The position numbers and the translations under genes are program-made. Under the pieces are notes generated by a model. The model saw only the letters and a program-made list of their open reading frames with translations. It did not search any database and was not told where the DNA came from. This document shows positions 36,064-46,592 of a stretch of DNA of 64,000 bases, one piece after another. How positions within the stretch are numbered: position 1 is the stretch's first letter; the number at the start of each line of letters is the position of its first letter. This DNA comes from Escherichia coli (lineage in GTDB: Bacteria > Pseudomonadota > Gammaproteobacteria > Enterobacterales > Enterobacteriaceae), in the NCBI RefSeq assembly GCF_050920415.1, contig NZ_CP169309.1; one strand, 5' to 3'.

Positions 36064-36681
36064 TTAATCGTGGCGATGCCTTTCCTGAATAGCCGTTAAT
36101 GAGCCGACTTCTAACGCCTCTTTATAGTGTTTGCGGCATACAGAAACGTAGCGTTCATTACCACCAATAACCACCTGCTCACCTTCGTTATAAGGTCTGC
36201 CTGCTTGATCAAGACGCAGCACCATGCTTGCTTTACGGCCACAAAAACAGATGGTTTTTAATTCAACCAGTTTGTCGGACCATGCCAGTAAGTATTGGCT
36301 GCCAATAAATAATTCACCTCGAAAATCGGTACGTAAACCATAACAAAGTACGGGTATATCGAGTTGATCTACAACCTCCGATAATTCATATACTTGTTGT
36401 CTGGTTAAAAACTGGCATTCATCAACCAGTACGCAATGAATTGCCTGCTGTTCATGTTCCGCACGAATCTCATCAAATAATGATGAATTTTGGTTAAATA
36501 ATTTTGCAGGCGATGACAAACCTATACGCGAGCTGACTTTCCCGGCACCAAAGCGATCATCAATTTCTGCCGTATATACGACAGTGCGCATGCCGCGTTC
36601 CTGGTAATTGTATGAAGATTGCAACAATGCTGTAGACTTACCCGCATTCATTGCGGAATAGTAGAAATATAGCTGTGCCAT
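36064..36681 (-). CDS. tdk: Thymidine kinase
   Basis: 205 aa; P-loop MNAGKST and C-terminal zinc-ribbon cysteines. Confidence 0.92.
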
Positions 36682-37284
36682 CAGCCACAGGCCCTCAATG
36701 ATATGAAATAAAGTTGGCTGGAGTTTATCATAATTCGTCAGTTTTTCAGCTCAACAGTATGCATAGAAGTGGTATATGCGTTCTCCCTTACGAAGCCTTG
36801 CATAATCCTTCTGAGCTATCATTACAACTGCCTCGCTTGTTATAAGCGGGTAAATGACTGCTGGTAACTATTCACAATCTTTAACCTGTTGCGCAAGTAA
36901 TAGCCCTCTGTTGACCTCCTGGAGATAGTGCAATACTAAGTCCCTGCTCTTATTGCGACTGTTCTACTTTTCATCATTCGCTTAATAGAGAATTCTCGTA
37001 AACACGACTAATACAGAAGACTGAAAGGTCGTCAGCCTACGATAATCTCCCCATAAAATGTGACATGAATCAGGAAGTTTTAACCTCACGTGCTGCGAAA
37101 TCATCGGCGCAAATAGGGCTATATGCCGCGTCTTTTCTGGCTAATTTTATGAAAAGATATTTATTGGCGGCACAAAATAAAGAACAATTTTGAATTCCTT
37201 ACATTCCTGGCTATTGCACAACTGAATTTAAGGCTCTATTATTACCTCAACAAACCACCCCAATATAAGTTTGAGATTACTACA

Positions 37285-37698
37285 ATGAGCGAAGCACTTA
37301 AAATTCTGAACAACATCCGTACTCTTCGTGCGCAGGCAAGAGAATGTACACTTGAAACGCTGGAAGAAATGCTGGAAAAATTAGAAGTTGTTGTTAACGA
37401 ACGTCGCGAAGAAGAAAGCGCGGCTGCTGCTGAAGTTGAAGAGCGCACTCGTAAACTGCAACAATATCGCGAAATGCTGATCGCTGACGGTATTGACCCG
37501 AACGAACTGCTGAATAGCCTTGCTGCCGTTAAATCTGGCACCAAAGCTAAACGCGCTCAGCGTCCGGCAAAATACAGCTACGTTGACGAAAACGGCGAAA
37601 CTAAAACCTGGACTGGCCAGGGTCGTACTCCAGCTGTAATCAAAAAAGCAATGGATGAGCAAGGCAAATCCCTCGACGATTTCCTGATCAAGCAATAA
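37285..37698 (+). CDS. hns: Nucleoid-associated protein H-NS
   Basis: 137 aa [20 protein letters not shown] with C-terminal [12 protein letters not shown]-binding motif. Confidence 0.97.
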
Positions 37699-37721
37699 TC
37701 TTTTGTAGATTACACTTGCTT

Positions 37722-37750
37722 AAAATCCCGCCATCGGCGGGATTTTTTAT
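37722..37750 (+). terminator. hns terminator
   Basis: aaatcccgcc-atcg-gcgggattt hairpin plus T-run. Confidence 0.8.
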
Positions 37751-37784
37751 TGTCCGGTTTAAGACAATTTAATAAGAATAAGCT

Positions 37785-37820
37785 ATAAAAAAACGGCGTC
37801 GATTGCTCAACGCCGTTTCG
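37785..37820 (-). terminator. galU terminator
   Basis: aaacggcg / cgccgttt stem with U-run on the minus strand. Confidence 0.65.
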
Positions 37821-37841
37821 TGGATAACACCGATACGGAAG

Positions 37842-38750
37842 TTACTTCTTAATGCCCATCTCTTCTTCAAGCCAGGCTTTAAATTCCGTGCCAAGGGTGT
37901 TATGACGAATACCGTATTCAACGAAGGCCTGCATGTAACCTAATTTATTACCGCAGTCATGGCTCTTCCCTTTCATATGATAGGCTTCCACCGTTTCTTT
38001 TTCGATCAGCATATCAATTGCGTCGGTGAGCTGAATTTCATCACCAGCACCCGGAGGGGTTTTTGCCAGCAACGGCCAAATATCCGCGCTAAGAACGTAA
38101 CGACCCACAATAGCGAGATTAGACGGCGCAACATCCGCTTTTGGTTTTTCAACCACGCCAACCATCGGTACGCTTTCACCCGGCGCTAATTCAACGCCTT
38201 TGCAATCCACAACGCCATATGCGGTCACATCAGCAACCGGTTCAACCATGATCTGGCTATGACCCGTTTCATCAAAGCGGCGGATCATCTCTGCCAGGTT
38301 ATCCTGTGACAAATCGGATTCATATTCATCCAGAATAACGTCAGGCAAAATAACAGCCACAGGTTCATCACCCACTACCGGGTGAGCACACAATACCGCG
38401 TGTCCCAGGCCTTTCGCCAGCCCCTGACGAACTTGCATAATAGTCACGTGCGGCGGACAAATAGACTGCACTTCATCAAGCAGTTGACGTTTTACACGTT
38501 TTTCCAGCATTGCTTCCAGTTCAAAACTGGTATCAAAGTGGTTTTCAATAGAGTTTTTAGATGAGTGAGTAACCAGCACAATTTCAGTAATGCCAGCCGC
38601 AATACATTCATTCACGACGTATTGAATTAATGGCTTATCGACAAGTGGCAGCATCTCTTTCGGGATGGCTTTCGTCGCCGGCAACATCCTGGTTCCTAAT
38701 CCCGCAACGGGGATAACGGCTTTTTTGACTTTCGTATTAATGGCAGCCAT
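37842..38750 (-). CDS. galU: UTP-glucose-1-phosphate uridylyltransferase
   Basis: 302 aa; motif [16 protein letters not shown]. Confidence 0.95.
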
Positions 38751-38951
38751 TTAAATTCTCCTGGACTGTTCGTGTTTTGAACGTGTTCATATTTCTGTAT
38801 CGCATCCCAGTATATCAGCACCCCGAAGGGGCTAAGTTCTGAAAAGGAGGCGAGTTAGCATAATTAAGACAATTACTTATACGAATGGCGACGATAGTAC
38901 CACCAGCCGACATTAGCAGGTAATGCAAATTTAGCCCGCGTTATCGTTTGC

Positions 38952-39965
38952 TCATTCTGCAGACAACATCAAGCGAAGCCGACCACCGGTTCCCCATATT
39001 TGGCATTGCCAGGCATCGCATCGCTGGCTCAATTGATTCAAATAAGCGTTACCTAAAGTGCCTAACGGAACACCATTACTGATTTGCACCTGGTGTTCGC
39101 CAGTATTTAACGTCGCATTCAGACCCGCAGAAACCAGAATGAGATTTTTCAGTTCGCGATGATAATAGCCAACTAATAGCGGAAACTGCCCCGGCAGATT
39201 GGCCTGACGGAGTAAATGGTTTACCTGCTTCAATAACGCGCCCAACTCTGGCAACCGTTGATTTTGATGTGCAAGCTGTTCCTGTAATAATCCGTTAAAC
39301 AATGCGCGTAATAACAAGGCAGCAAGTACGCCATTATGTCCAGCTCTGGTGACATCAAGGCAATAAAATGCCAGATCGTTTTCCGAAAGTGCGGCAATAT
39401 CAAGCACCAGGCCGGGTTTGTCCGCGGCAACCAATTGACGATAATTAACCCGGCAATGGGAAATCACCTGCTGAACCGGCGGTTGCAATTCCTGTAATAA
39501 TTTCGCCGCTGCGGCAGGGTTATCAACCATTGCATCCCAGTCTCGAAAAAGCCTCTCCTCTTCCTCAACGCGGGAATTAAACATGCTGGGATAGAGACAG
39601 GCAAAAACCATCTCGCGCAAGCGATTCAGATCTTTAACTGGTTTCAGCAAAACATCTTCAACGCCCAGACGTAACGCTTTGGCAATATCTGCCATATTTT
39701 CAGTGGCAGATATCACCAGAACCGGTGTCTGGTCACCTCTGTTGCGTATATGTTCCAGCAGTTTAAGCCCGTTCATTCGTGGCATCGCGATATCACATAT
39801 CATCAGGTCTGGAGTGAAACCTCCCAGCAACTCAAGGGCATCCACCCCATCAGCCGCCAGTACCGTTGTCGCTCCCAATGAGGAAAACCACGAATCCAGA
39901 AGCGAGCGAAATACCTGCTCATCTTCAACAATGAGAATCTGTTTTCCGACCAATGGCTGCGTCAT
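38952..39965 (-). CDS. rssB: RpoS-degradation adaptor response regulator RssB
   Basis: 337 aa; N-terminal receiver domain and PP2C-like C-terminal domain. Confidence 0.9.
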   Translation of the reverse strand: MTQPLVGKQILIVEDEQVFRSLLDSWFSSLGATTVLAADGVDALELLGGFTPDLMICDIAMPRMNGLKLLEHIRNRGDQTPVLVISATENMADIAKALRLGVEDVLLKPVKDLNRLREMVFACLYPSMFNSRVEEEERLFRDWDAMVDNPAAAAKLLQELQPPVQQVISHCRVNYRQLVAADKPGLVLDIAALSENDLAFYCLDVTRAGHNGVLAALLLRALFNGLLQEQLAHQNQRLPELGALLKQVNHLLRQANLPGQFPLLVGYYHRELKNLILVSAGLNATLNTGEHQVQISNGVPLGTLGNAYLNQLSQRCDAWQCQIWGTGGRLRLMLSAE

Positions 39966-40056
39966 GTTCTCTCCCCTGACTGGCTTTACTCAATAGTGGC
40001 ATGCTATTGCCACCTGCGCCTGTCAGAATTAACTTAAGTGTAGATAAAAATTCTGG

Positions 40057-40962
40057 TCAAATGTTGGTGCGTACCAACGGCAAAAGTTCGTCCATTTTCT
40101 TTTCCACTGCCAGCTGCCCAGCCGCAATGGCAGCGTGCGCGCGATGGAAATCAAGCGTAGATATTTGCGGGCAAACAGGTTGAATCAGAATATCGGGCGG
40201 ATCACCTGCCATGCGGTTTCTTTTAAGGCGGTTCTCCAGCACCTGGATAGAAGTGGTCATAATCTCTGTTGCCGTTGGCGCTGTCACCGCCCGACGTGTC
40301 GTTATGCTGCCCAACCTTTCTTTCAGACGCGCATGCCACGGCAGAGAATCACCATTCTCGCTATTTTCTTCACTGACATTAAAGGAGAGCAGATCTTGTT
40401 GCATCAAATGAGCATCGTGCTGCAGGTCGACCGCTATCACAATATCAGCACCCAATGCACGCGTGAGCGAAATAGGAATTGGGTTAACTACTGCCCCATC
40501 AACCAGCCAGTAGCCGTTATGCGCAACGGGTGCCATTAGTCCTGGAATACTGCATGATGCACGAATAGCAAGATGGAGATCGCCTTCAGTAAACCATAAT
40601 TCGCGCCCAGTACTTAAATTGGTGGCAACAGCCGCGAAGCGACGGGAACAATTTTCGATCTCTGTTTCCGGCATTATTTCGCGATATTGATTGAAGACAC
40701 GCTCGCCGCGCAGTAACCCACCGCGCTGCCAGGAGAGATCCATCAGGCGTAAAACATCCCAATAACTGAAAGAGGTTACCCAATCTTCCAGCGCAGATAA
40801 TCGATCGCATGCATAGGCCGCGCCCACCAGCGAACCAATTGAGCATCCTGCAACGATATCAATTTCAATACCCACTTTTTTTAGCGCATTAATAACGCCA
40901 ATATGCGACCAACCTCTCGCCGCGCCAGATCCCAGCGCCAGCCCTATTTTTATCTTTCTCAT
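40057..40962 (-). CDS. rssA: Patatin-like phospholipase RssA
   Basis: 301 aa; glycine-rich GSGAARG and GCSIGS lipase motifs. Confidence 0.85.
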   Translation of the reverse strand: MRKIKIGLALGSGAARGWSHIGVINALKKVGIEIDIVAGCSIGSLVGAAYACDRLSALEDWVTSFSYWDVLRLMDLSWQRGGLLRGERVFNQYREIMPETEIENCSRRFAAVATNLSTGRELWFTEGDLHLAIRASCSIPGLMAPVAHNGYWLVDGAVVNPIPISLTRALGADIVIAVDLQHDAHLMQQDLLSFNVSEENSENGDSLPWHARLKERLGSITTRRAVTAPTATEIMTTSIQVLENRLKRNRMAGDPPDILIQPVCPQISTLDFHRAHAAIAAGQLAVEKKMDELLPLVRTNI

Positions 40963-41074
40963 TATTCCCGCAAGATTCCCCTGGAATGCAATCGTAGCAA
41001 CATCGCTACTGCTCGGTTAACATAGTGCTACTCAGGCGGTTAATACGCCGTTATTGTTTCCAGGGAGATTATTT

Positions 41075-41533
41075 GTGTCTCAGCTTTGTCCCTGTGGTAG
41101 TGCTGTCGAGTATAGCCTATGTTGCCACCCTTATGTGTCTGGTGAAAAGGTTGCACCTGATCCAGAACATCTCATGCGTTCGCGTTACTGCGCTTTTGTG
41201 ATGCAAGACGCAGATTATTTAATAAAGACCTGGCATCCATCTTGTGGAGCGGCGGCGTTACGTGCCGAATTGATTGCCGGATTTGCGCATACTGAATGGT
41301 TGGGATTGACCGTATTTGAACATTGTTGGCAGGACGGCGACAATATCGGATTTGTCAGTTTTGTTGCTCGATTTACCGAAGGTGGCAAAACAGGCGCCAT
41401 AATTGAACGTTCACGATTTTTGAAAGAAAACGGTCAATGGTACTATATTGACGGTACACGTCCGCAGTTTGGCCGCAACGCTCCCTGCCCTTGTGGTTCA
41501 GGTAAAAAATTTAAAAAGTGCTGCGGCCAATAA
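41075..41533 (+). CDS. ychJ: SEC-C motif protein YchJ (152 aa, GTG start)
   Basis: CPCGS metal-binding motifs at both ends; GTG start matches known length. Confidence 0.8.
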   Translation: MSQLCPCGSAVEYSLCCHPYVSGEKVAPDPEHLMRSRYCAFVMQDADYLIKTWHPSCGAAALRAELIAGFAHTEWLGLTVFEHCWQDGDNIGFVSFVARFTEGGKTGAIIERSRFLKENGQWYYIDGTRPQFGRNAPCPCGSGKKFKKCCGQ

Positions 41534-41582
41534 TGGTTGACGGTACGGTTAAGCAAACACTCTCAACAAGGTTTTTCCAGCA

Positions 41583-42425
41583 ATGCATTCACTCCAACGT
41601 AAAGTTCTGCGTACTATTTGTCCGGACCAAAAAGGTCTGATCGCCCGTATTACTAATATTTGCTATAAGCACGAGTTAAATATCGTGCAGAACAATGAAT
41701 TTGTTGATCACCGTACCGGGCGCTTTTTTATGCGCACGGAACTGGAAGGCATTTTTAATGATTCCACCCTGCTGGCGGATCTCGACAGCGCATTGCCAGA
41801 AGGCTCCGTACGTGAGCTGAATCCTGCCGGTCGTCGCCGGATAGTGATTCTGGTCACTAAAGAGGCGCATTGCCTTGGCGATTTGTTGATGAAAGCCAAT
41901 TACGGCGGCCTGGATGTCGAAATCGCGGCAGTTATTGGTAACCACGATACTTTACGTTCTCTGGTTGAGCGTTTTGATATTCCGTTTGAGCTGGTAAGTC
42001 ATGAAGGATTAAGTCGCAACGAGCACGATCAAAAAATGGCGGATGCCATTGACGCTTATCAGCCTGACTACGTGGTGCTGGCGAAGTATATGCGCGTATT
42101 AACGCCAGAGTTCGTAGCACGCTTCCCGAATAAAATTATCAATATTCACCATTCATTCCTGCCAGCGTTTATCGGTGCACGTCCCTATCACCAGGCCTAT
42201 GAGCGTGGCGTGAAGATTATTGGTGCAACCGCTCACTATGTGAATGACAATCTGGATGAAGGCCCAATCATCATGCAGGACGTTATTCATGTCGATCATA
42301 CATACACGGCTGAAGATATGATGCGTGCAGGTCGTGATGTCGAGAAAAACGTATTAAGCCGCGCGCTTTACAAAGTGCTGGCGCAGCGTGTATTTGTTTA
42401 CGGTAACCGGACGATTATTCTTTAA
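41583..42425 (+). CDS. purU: Formyltetrahydrofolate deformylase
   Basis: 280 aa; N-terminal ACT domain plus formyltransferase domain. Confidence 0.92.
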   Translation: MHSLQRKVLRTICPDQKGLIARITNICYKHELNIVQNNEFVDHRTGRFFMRTELEGIFNDSTLLADLDSALPEGSVRELNPAGRRRIVILVTKEAHCLGDLLMKANYGGLDVEIAAVIGNHDTLRSLVERFDIPFELVSHEGLSRNEHDQKMADAIDAYQPDYVVLAKYMRVLTPEFVARFPNKIINIHHSFLPAFIGARPYHQAYERGVKIIGATAHYVNDNLDEGPIIMQDVIHVDHTYTAEDMMRAGRDVEKNVLSRALYKVLAQRVFVYGNRTIIL

Positions 42426-42507
42426 TCGCTGGCAAAATAGAACTGGTTGCCTTTAATCCGTTACGGATGAAAATTACGCAACCAGTTCATTTTTCTCAAC
42501 GTAACCC

Positions 42508-42535
42508 TTTACAGCGGCGTGTCATTTGATATGAT
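42508..42535 (+). promoter_or_regulatory. tyrT promoter: -35 TTTACA, 16-bp spacer, -10 TATGAT, GC-rich discriminator
   Basis: tttacagcggcgtgtcatttgatatgatgcgccccgc read directly; stringent-control-type discriminator. Confidence 0.85.
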
Positions 42536-42585
42536 GCGCCCCGCTTCCCCACAAGGGAGCAGGCCAGTAAAAAGCATTACCCCGT

Positions 42586-42670
<85 letters not shown>

Positions 42671-42704
42671 TCTCAAGCATTACATCAAAATTTGAATTAT
42701 CCCT

Positions 42705-42789
<85 letters not shown>

Positions 42790-43501
42790 TCACTTTCAAA
42801 AGTTCCTGAAATCCCCAACAAATCCACAATTAAATATTCTGCCCATGCGGGGAAGGATGAGAAGCTTCGACTAAGGTTCGACTCGAGCGCCAGCGAGAGA
42901 GCGTTGCCGCAGGCAACGACCCGTAGGGCGAAGCGCGCAGCGCTGAGTAATCCTTCCCCCACCACCATCACTTTCAAAAACCCCTGTATTCTCCAACGAA
43001 TCCGTAACTGAATATTCTGCCCATGCGGGGAAGGATGAGAAGCTTCGACTAAGGTTCGACTCGAGCGCCAGCGAGAGAGCGTTGCCGCAGGCAACGACCC
43101 GTAGGGCGAAGCGCGCAGCGCTGAGTAATCCTTCCCCCACCACCATCACTTTCAAAAACCCCTGTATTCTCCAACGAATCCGTAACTGAATATTCTGCCC
43201 ATGCGGGGAAGGATGAGAAGCTTCGACTAAGGTTCGACTCGAGCGCCAGCGAGAGAGCGTTGCCGCAGGCAACGACCCGTAGGGCGAAGCGCGCAGCGCT
43301 GAGTAATCCTTCCCCCACCACCATCACTTTCAAAAACCCCTGTATTCTCCAACGAATCCGTAACTGAATATTCTGCCCATGCGGGGAAGGATGAGAAGCT
43401 TTGACTAAGGTTCGACTCGAGCGCCAGCGAGAGAGCATTGCCGCAGGCAACGACCCGTAGGGCGAAGCGCGCAGCGCTGAGTAATCCTTCCCCCACCACC
43501 A
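42790..43501 (+). repeat. Four tandem 178-bp direct repeats (rtT region), each ending in the last ~19 nt of tRNA-Tyr
   Basis: Unit boundaries 42790-42967, 42968-43145, 43146-43323, 43324-43501; copies 2-4 near-identical, copy 1 diverged at its 5' end; each ends ccttcccccaccacca. Confidence 0.9.
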
Positions 43502-43623
43502 TCACACCCTTAAATACTCAAAACCTGTTACTTCAAGCTAATTTGCCCCGTGGCACCGCGTTTACCGGACCTACAATATCCTCCCCTATATGTCAGATAA
43601 GCGAATCACTCCGCAGCGTACCC

Positions 43624-43650
43624 ATAAAAAAACCCCGCCGAAGCAGGGTC
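43624..43650 (-). terminator. narGHJI operon terminator
   Basis: Minus-strand hairpin accctgc-ttcg-gcggggt followed by seven U. Confidence 0.6.
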
Positions 43651-43669
43651 TGTGTGAACTAAAATTCAC

Positions 43670-44347
43670 TTAGTGGCGAGCGCGCACCAGCTGATACTTA
43701 CGTGTCAGATACTCCACCGGGACACTCCAGATGTGCACCAAACGCGAGAACGGGAACAGCAGGAATAACGTCATCCCCAACACCAGGTGCAGACGGAAGA
43801 TAAACGCCACACCATCAAGGTGTTGAGAAGCGCCACCGTGGAAGGTCACCACCGACTGCGCCCAGCCAACCAGTTTCATCATCTCGCTACCGTCCATATG
43901 TTGGGCAGAAAATGGAATAGTCAGCAGACCCAACGCGCACTGGATAACGAGCAGCGACAGGATCAGGATGTCCGCCCCGGTAGTCGTTGCACGCACACGC
44001 GGGCTGAACAGGCGGCGTTTCAGCAACAGCACGCCGCCAATCAGACACAGCACGCCGCTGGCACCACCAGCAATCATCGCCATTTTCTGTTTCACTTCAA
44101 TTGGCAACCACGCTTCATACATCCAGTGCGGCGTCAGCATACCGAAGAAGTGGCCGACAAAAATCCCCAGAATTCCGATATGGAACAGGTTCGACGCCAG
44201 GTTCATCCCTTTGCGATCCAGCATCTGGCTGGATGCCGCGCGCCAGGTGTACTGCCCGTAGTCATAGCGCAGCCAGCTACCAATCAGGAAGACGGCCCCG
44301 GCTATGTACGGGTAGATATCAAAGAAGAACATATTCAGGAATTGCAT
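43670..44347 (-). CDS. narI: Respiratory nitrate reductase gamma subunit
   Basis: 225-aa membrane cytochrome b subunit. Confidence 0.95.
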   Translation of the reverse strand: MQFLNMFFFDIYPYIAGAVFLIGSWLRYDYGQYTWRAASSQMLDRKGMNLASNLFHIGILGIFVGHFFGMLTPHWMYEAWLPIEVKQKMAMIAGGASGVLCLIGGVLLLKRRLFSPRVRATTTGADILILSLLVIQCALGLLTIPFSAQHMDGSEMMKLVGWAQSVVTFHGGASQHLDGVAFIFRLHLVLGMTLFLLFPFSRLVHIWSVPVEYLTRKYQLVRARH

Positions 44348-45057
44348 TAGTGCTGTCCTCCGGTGGTGATATTCAGATATTGCGGCGCGACGGCACCGGC
44401 AAAGCGACGCTGATGAGCAGTGATTGCTGAATCACCGCAACCTTTGTCAGCAAAGAACTTAACCTGCTCTTCTTCCCAGACAGCATCCAGCGCCTGTGGC
44501 GTATCGTCGCGCGCTTCGTCGGCAATTTTTTCCGCCACTTTGTCGCTGTCGATAGCGGTATTCGCCAGTTTCAGCAGCAGATCAAACAGCACGGCATAAC
44601 GGCTTTCACGCTGTTGCAGACGCGCGCTCAGCAACGCCAGAATCGGCGCGATATCTTTCAAACCTTCCACAGCTTCGCTTTGCGGCAGCTGCGCCAGATA
44701 CTCCAGATACAGCGGCAGATGATCCGGTAATTCACGACTGTTCAATTGCAAACCGTGCTGCTCATACTGTGCCAACAAGTCAACCATTGCCTGGCCGCGA
44801 TCGCGGGATTCACCGTGAACATGCTCAAACAGCAGCAACGACGTGGCGCGACCACGGTCGAACAGTTCGCTGTACTGGGCCTGAGCATCCAGCGGATCCA
44901 GCGCTGTTAAATCGCGCAGGAAAATGCCCAGCGCATGGGCATCCTCTTTCGACAGATTTTCCGACGCAGCAATCGCCTCAAACATCTCTTGTTGATGCTG
45001 CCATAAGGCAGCATCCGGATATTCAAGGAGACGCGATACAATCACGAGTTCGATCAT
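44347..45057 (-). CDS. narJ: Nitrate reductase assembly chaperone
   Basis: 236 aa; overlaps narI start by 1 nt and narH stop by 4 nt. Confidence 0.95.
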   Translation of the reverse strand: MIELVIVSRLLEYPDAALWQHQQEMFEAIAASENLSKEDAHALGIFLRDLTALDPLDAQAQYSELFDRGRATSLLLFEHVHGESRDRGQAMVDLLAQYEQHGLQLNSRELPDHLPLYLEYLAQLPQSEAVEGLKDIAPILALLSARLQQRESRYAVLFDLLLKLANTAIDSDKVAEKIADEARDDTPQALDAVWEEEQVKFFADKGCGDSAITAHQRRFAGAVAPQYLNITTGGQH

Positions 45058-46592
45058 GGGTGCGGCTCCGTTTTACTGGTCACGTCGATGGCATCGATAC
45101 GGCGGCTGTTGAACAGATTGAATTTGGTATCTGAACCGTGGCAGCCGTCACCAAAGGTAAAGCCACAGCCATTTTTCTCCGGGAAGGCTTCCCGCGCCAG
45201 TTCACGGTGACTGCTCGGCACCACAAAGCGATCTTCGTAGTTGGCAATTGCCAGATAACGGTACATCTCCTGTGCCTGAGCTTCGGTCAGACCGACCTCT
45301 TCCAGCGCACGGGTATCAACTTTACCGTCAACGGTTTCAGCACGTTTGTAATGACGCATCGCCAGCATACGTTTCAGCGCGCGCAGTACCGGTTTGGTAT
45401 CACCGGCGGTCAGCAGATTCGCCAGATACTGTACCGGGATACGCAGGCTTTCGACGTCTGGCAAAATACCGTTGCTGCCCAGCTCGCCCGCATCTGCCGC
45501 AGACTGAATCGGCGACAGAGGTGGCACATACCAGACCATCGGCAGCGTGCGATATTCCGGATGCAGCGGCAGCGCCAGTTTCCATTCCATCGCCATTTTA
45601 TAAACCGGCGACTGCTGTGCGGCTTCAATAACGCTCAGCGGAATACCATCTTTAATCGCCTGCTCGATGACGTTCGGATCATTCGGATCGAGGAACACGT
45701 CCAGCTGACGCTGGTAGAGATCTTTCTCGTTCTCGGTGCTGGCTGCACGTTCAATCGCGTCGGCATCGTACAGCAGCACGCCAAGATAACGGATACGACC
45801 GACACAGGTTTCAGAGCACACCGTCGGCTGACCGGCTTCAATACGCGGATAGCAGAAGATGCACTTCTCAGACTTACCGCTCTTCCAGTTGAAGTAGATT
45901 TTTTTGTACGGGCATCCGGTGATGCACATACGCCAGCCGCGGCATTTGTCCTGGTCGATCAGGACGATGCCATCTTCTTCACGCTTGTAAATCGCACCGC
46001 TCGGGCAGGTCGCCACACATGCCGGGTTCAGGCAGTGTTCGCACAGGCGTGGCAAATACATCATGAAGGTGTTTTCGAACTGGCTATACATCGCCTTCTG
46101 GATGTTGTCGAAGTTCTTGTCTTTCGCCAGTTTGTCAAACTCGCCGCCCAGGTCATCTTCCCAGTTCGGTCCTTTTTCGATTTTCGCCATCCGTTCGCCG
46201 GTAATCAGCGAACGTGGACGGGCAATCGGCTGCGATTTGCTGCCTTCCGGCGCGGTATGCAGGTTCTGATAGTCAAAATCGAACGGCTCGTAATAATCGT
46301 CGATCCCCGGCAGATGCGGGTTAGCGAAGATTTTACCCAGCAGCATGGCGCGGTTACCCATGCGCGGTTGCAGTTTGCCGTTGATTTTTCGGATCCAGCC
46401 GCCTTTGTATTTTTCCTGGTTTTCCCAGTCTGTCGGGAAGCCCTGGCCCGGCTTGGTTTCCACGTTGTTGAACCACGCGTATTCCACGCCTTCACGGCTG
46501 GTCCAGACGTTTTTACAGGTCACTGAACAGGTGTGGCAACCGATGCACTTATCCAGATTCAGCACCATGCCGACTTGTGAACGAATTTTCAT
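45054..46592 (-). CDS. narH: Respiratory nitrate reductase beta subunit
   Basis: 512 aa with four Cys clusters for Fe-S centres. Confidence 0.96.
   Translation of the reverse strand: MKIRSQVGMVLNLDKCIGCHTCSVTCKNVWTSREGVEYAWFNNVETKPGQGFPTDWENQEKYKGGWIRKINGKLQPRMGNRAMLLGKIFANPHLPGIDDYYEPFDFDYQNLHTAPEGSKSQPIARPRSLITGERMAKIEKGPNWEDDLGGEFDKLAKDKNFDNIQKAMYSQFENTFMMYLPRLCEHCLNPACVATCPSGAIYKREEDGIVLIDQDKCRGWRMCITGCPYKKIYFNWKSGKSEKCIFCYPRIEAGQPTVCSETCVGRIRYLGVLLYDADAIERAASTENEKDLYQRQLDVFLDPNDPNVIEQAIKDGIPLSVIEAAQQSPVYKMAMEWKLALPLHPEYRTLPMVWYVPPLSPIQSAADAGELGSNGILPDVESLRIPVQYLANLLTAGDTKPVLRALKRMLAMRHYKRAETVDGKVDTRALEEVGLTEAQAQEMYRYLAIANYEDRFVVPSSHRELAREAFPEKNGCGFTFGDGCHGSDTKFNLFNSRRIDAIDVTSKTEPHP

Noticed and set aside
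42790-43501. Possible CRISPR array
   Set aside because: The units are 178 bp and contiguous with no unique spacers between them, and each ends with a tRNA 3' fragment; this is the known tyrT repeat architecture, not CRISPR.
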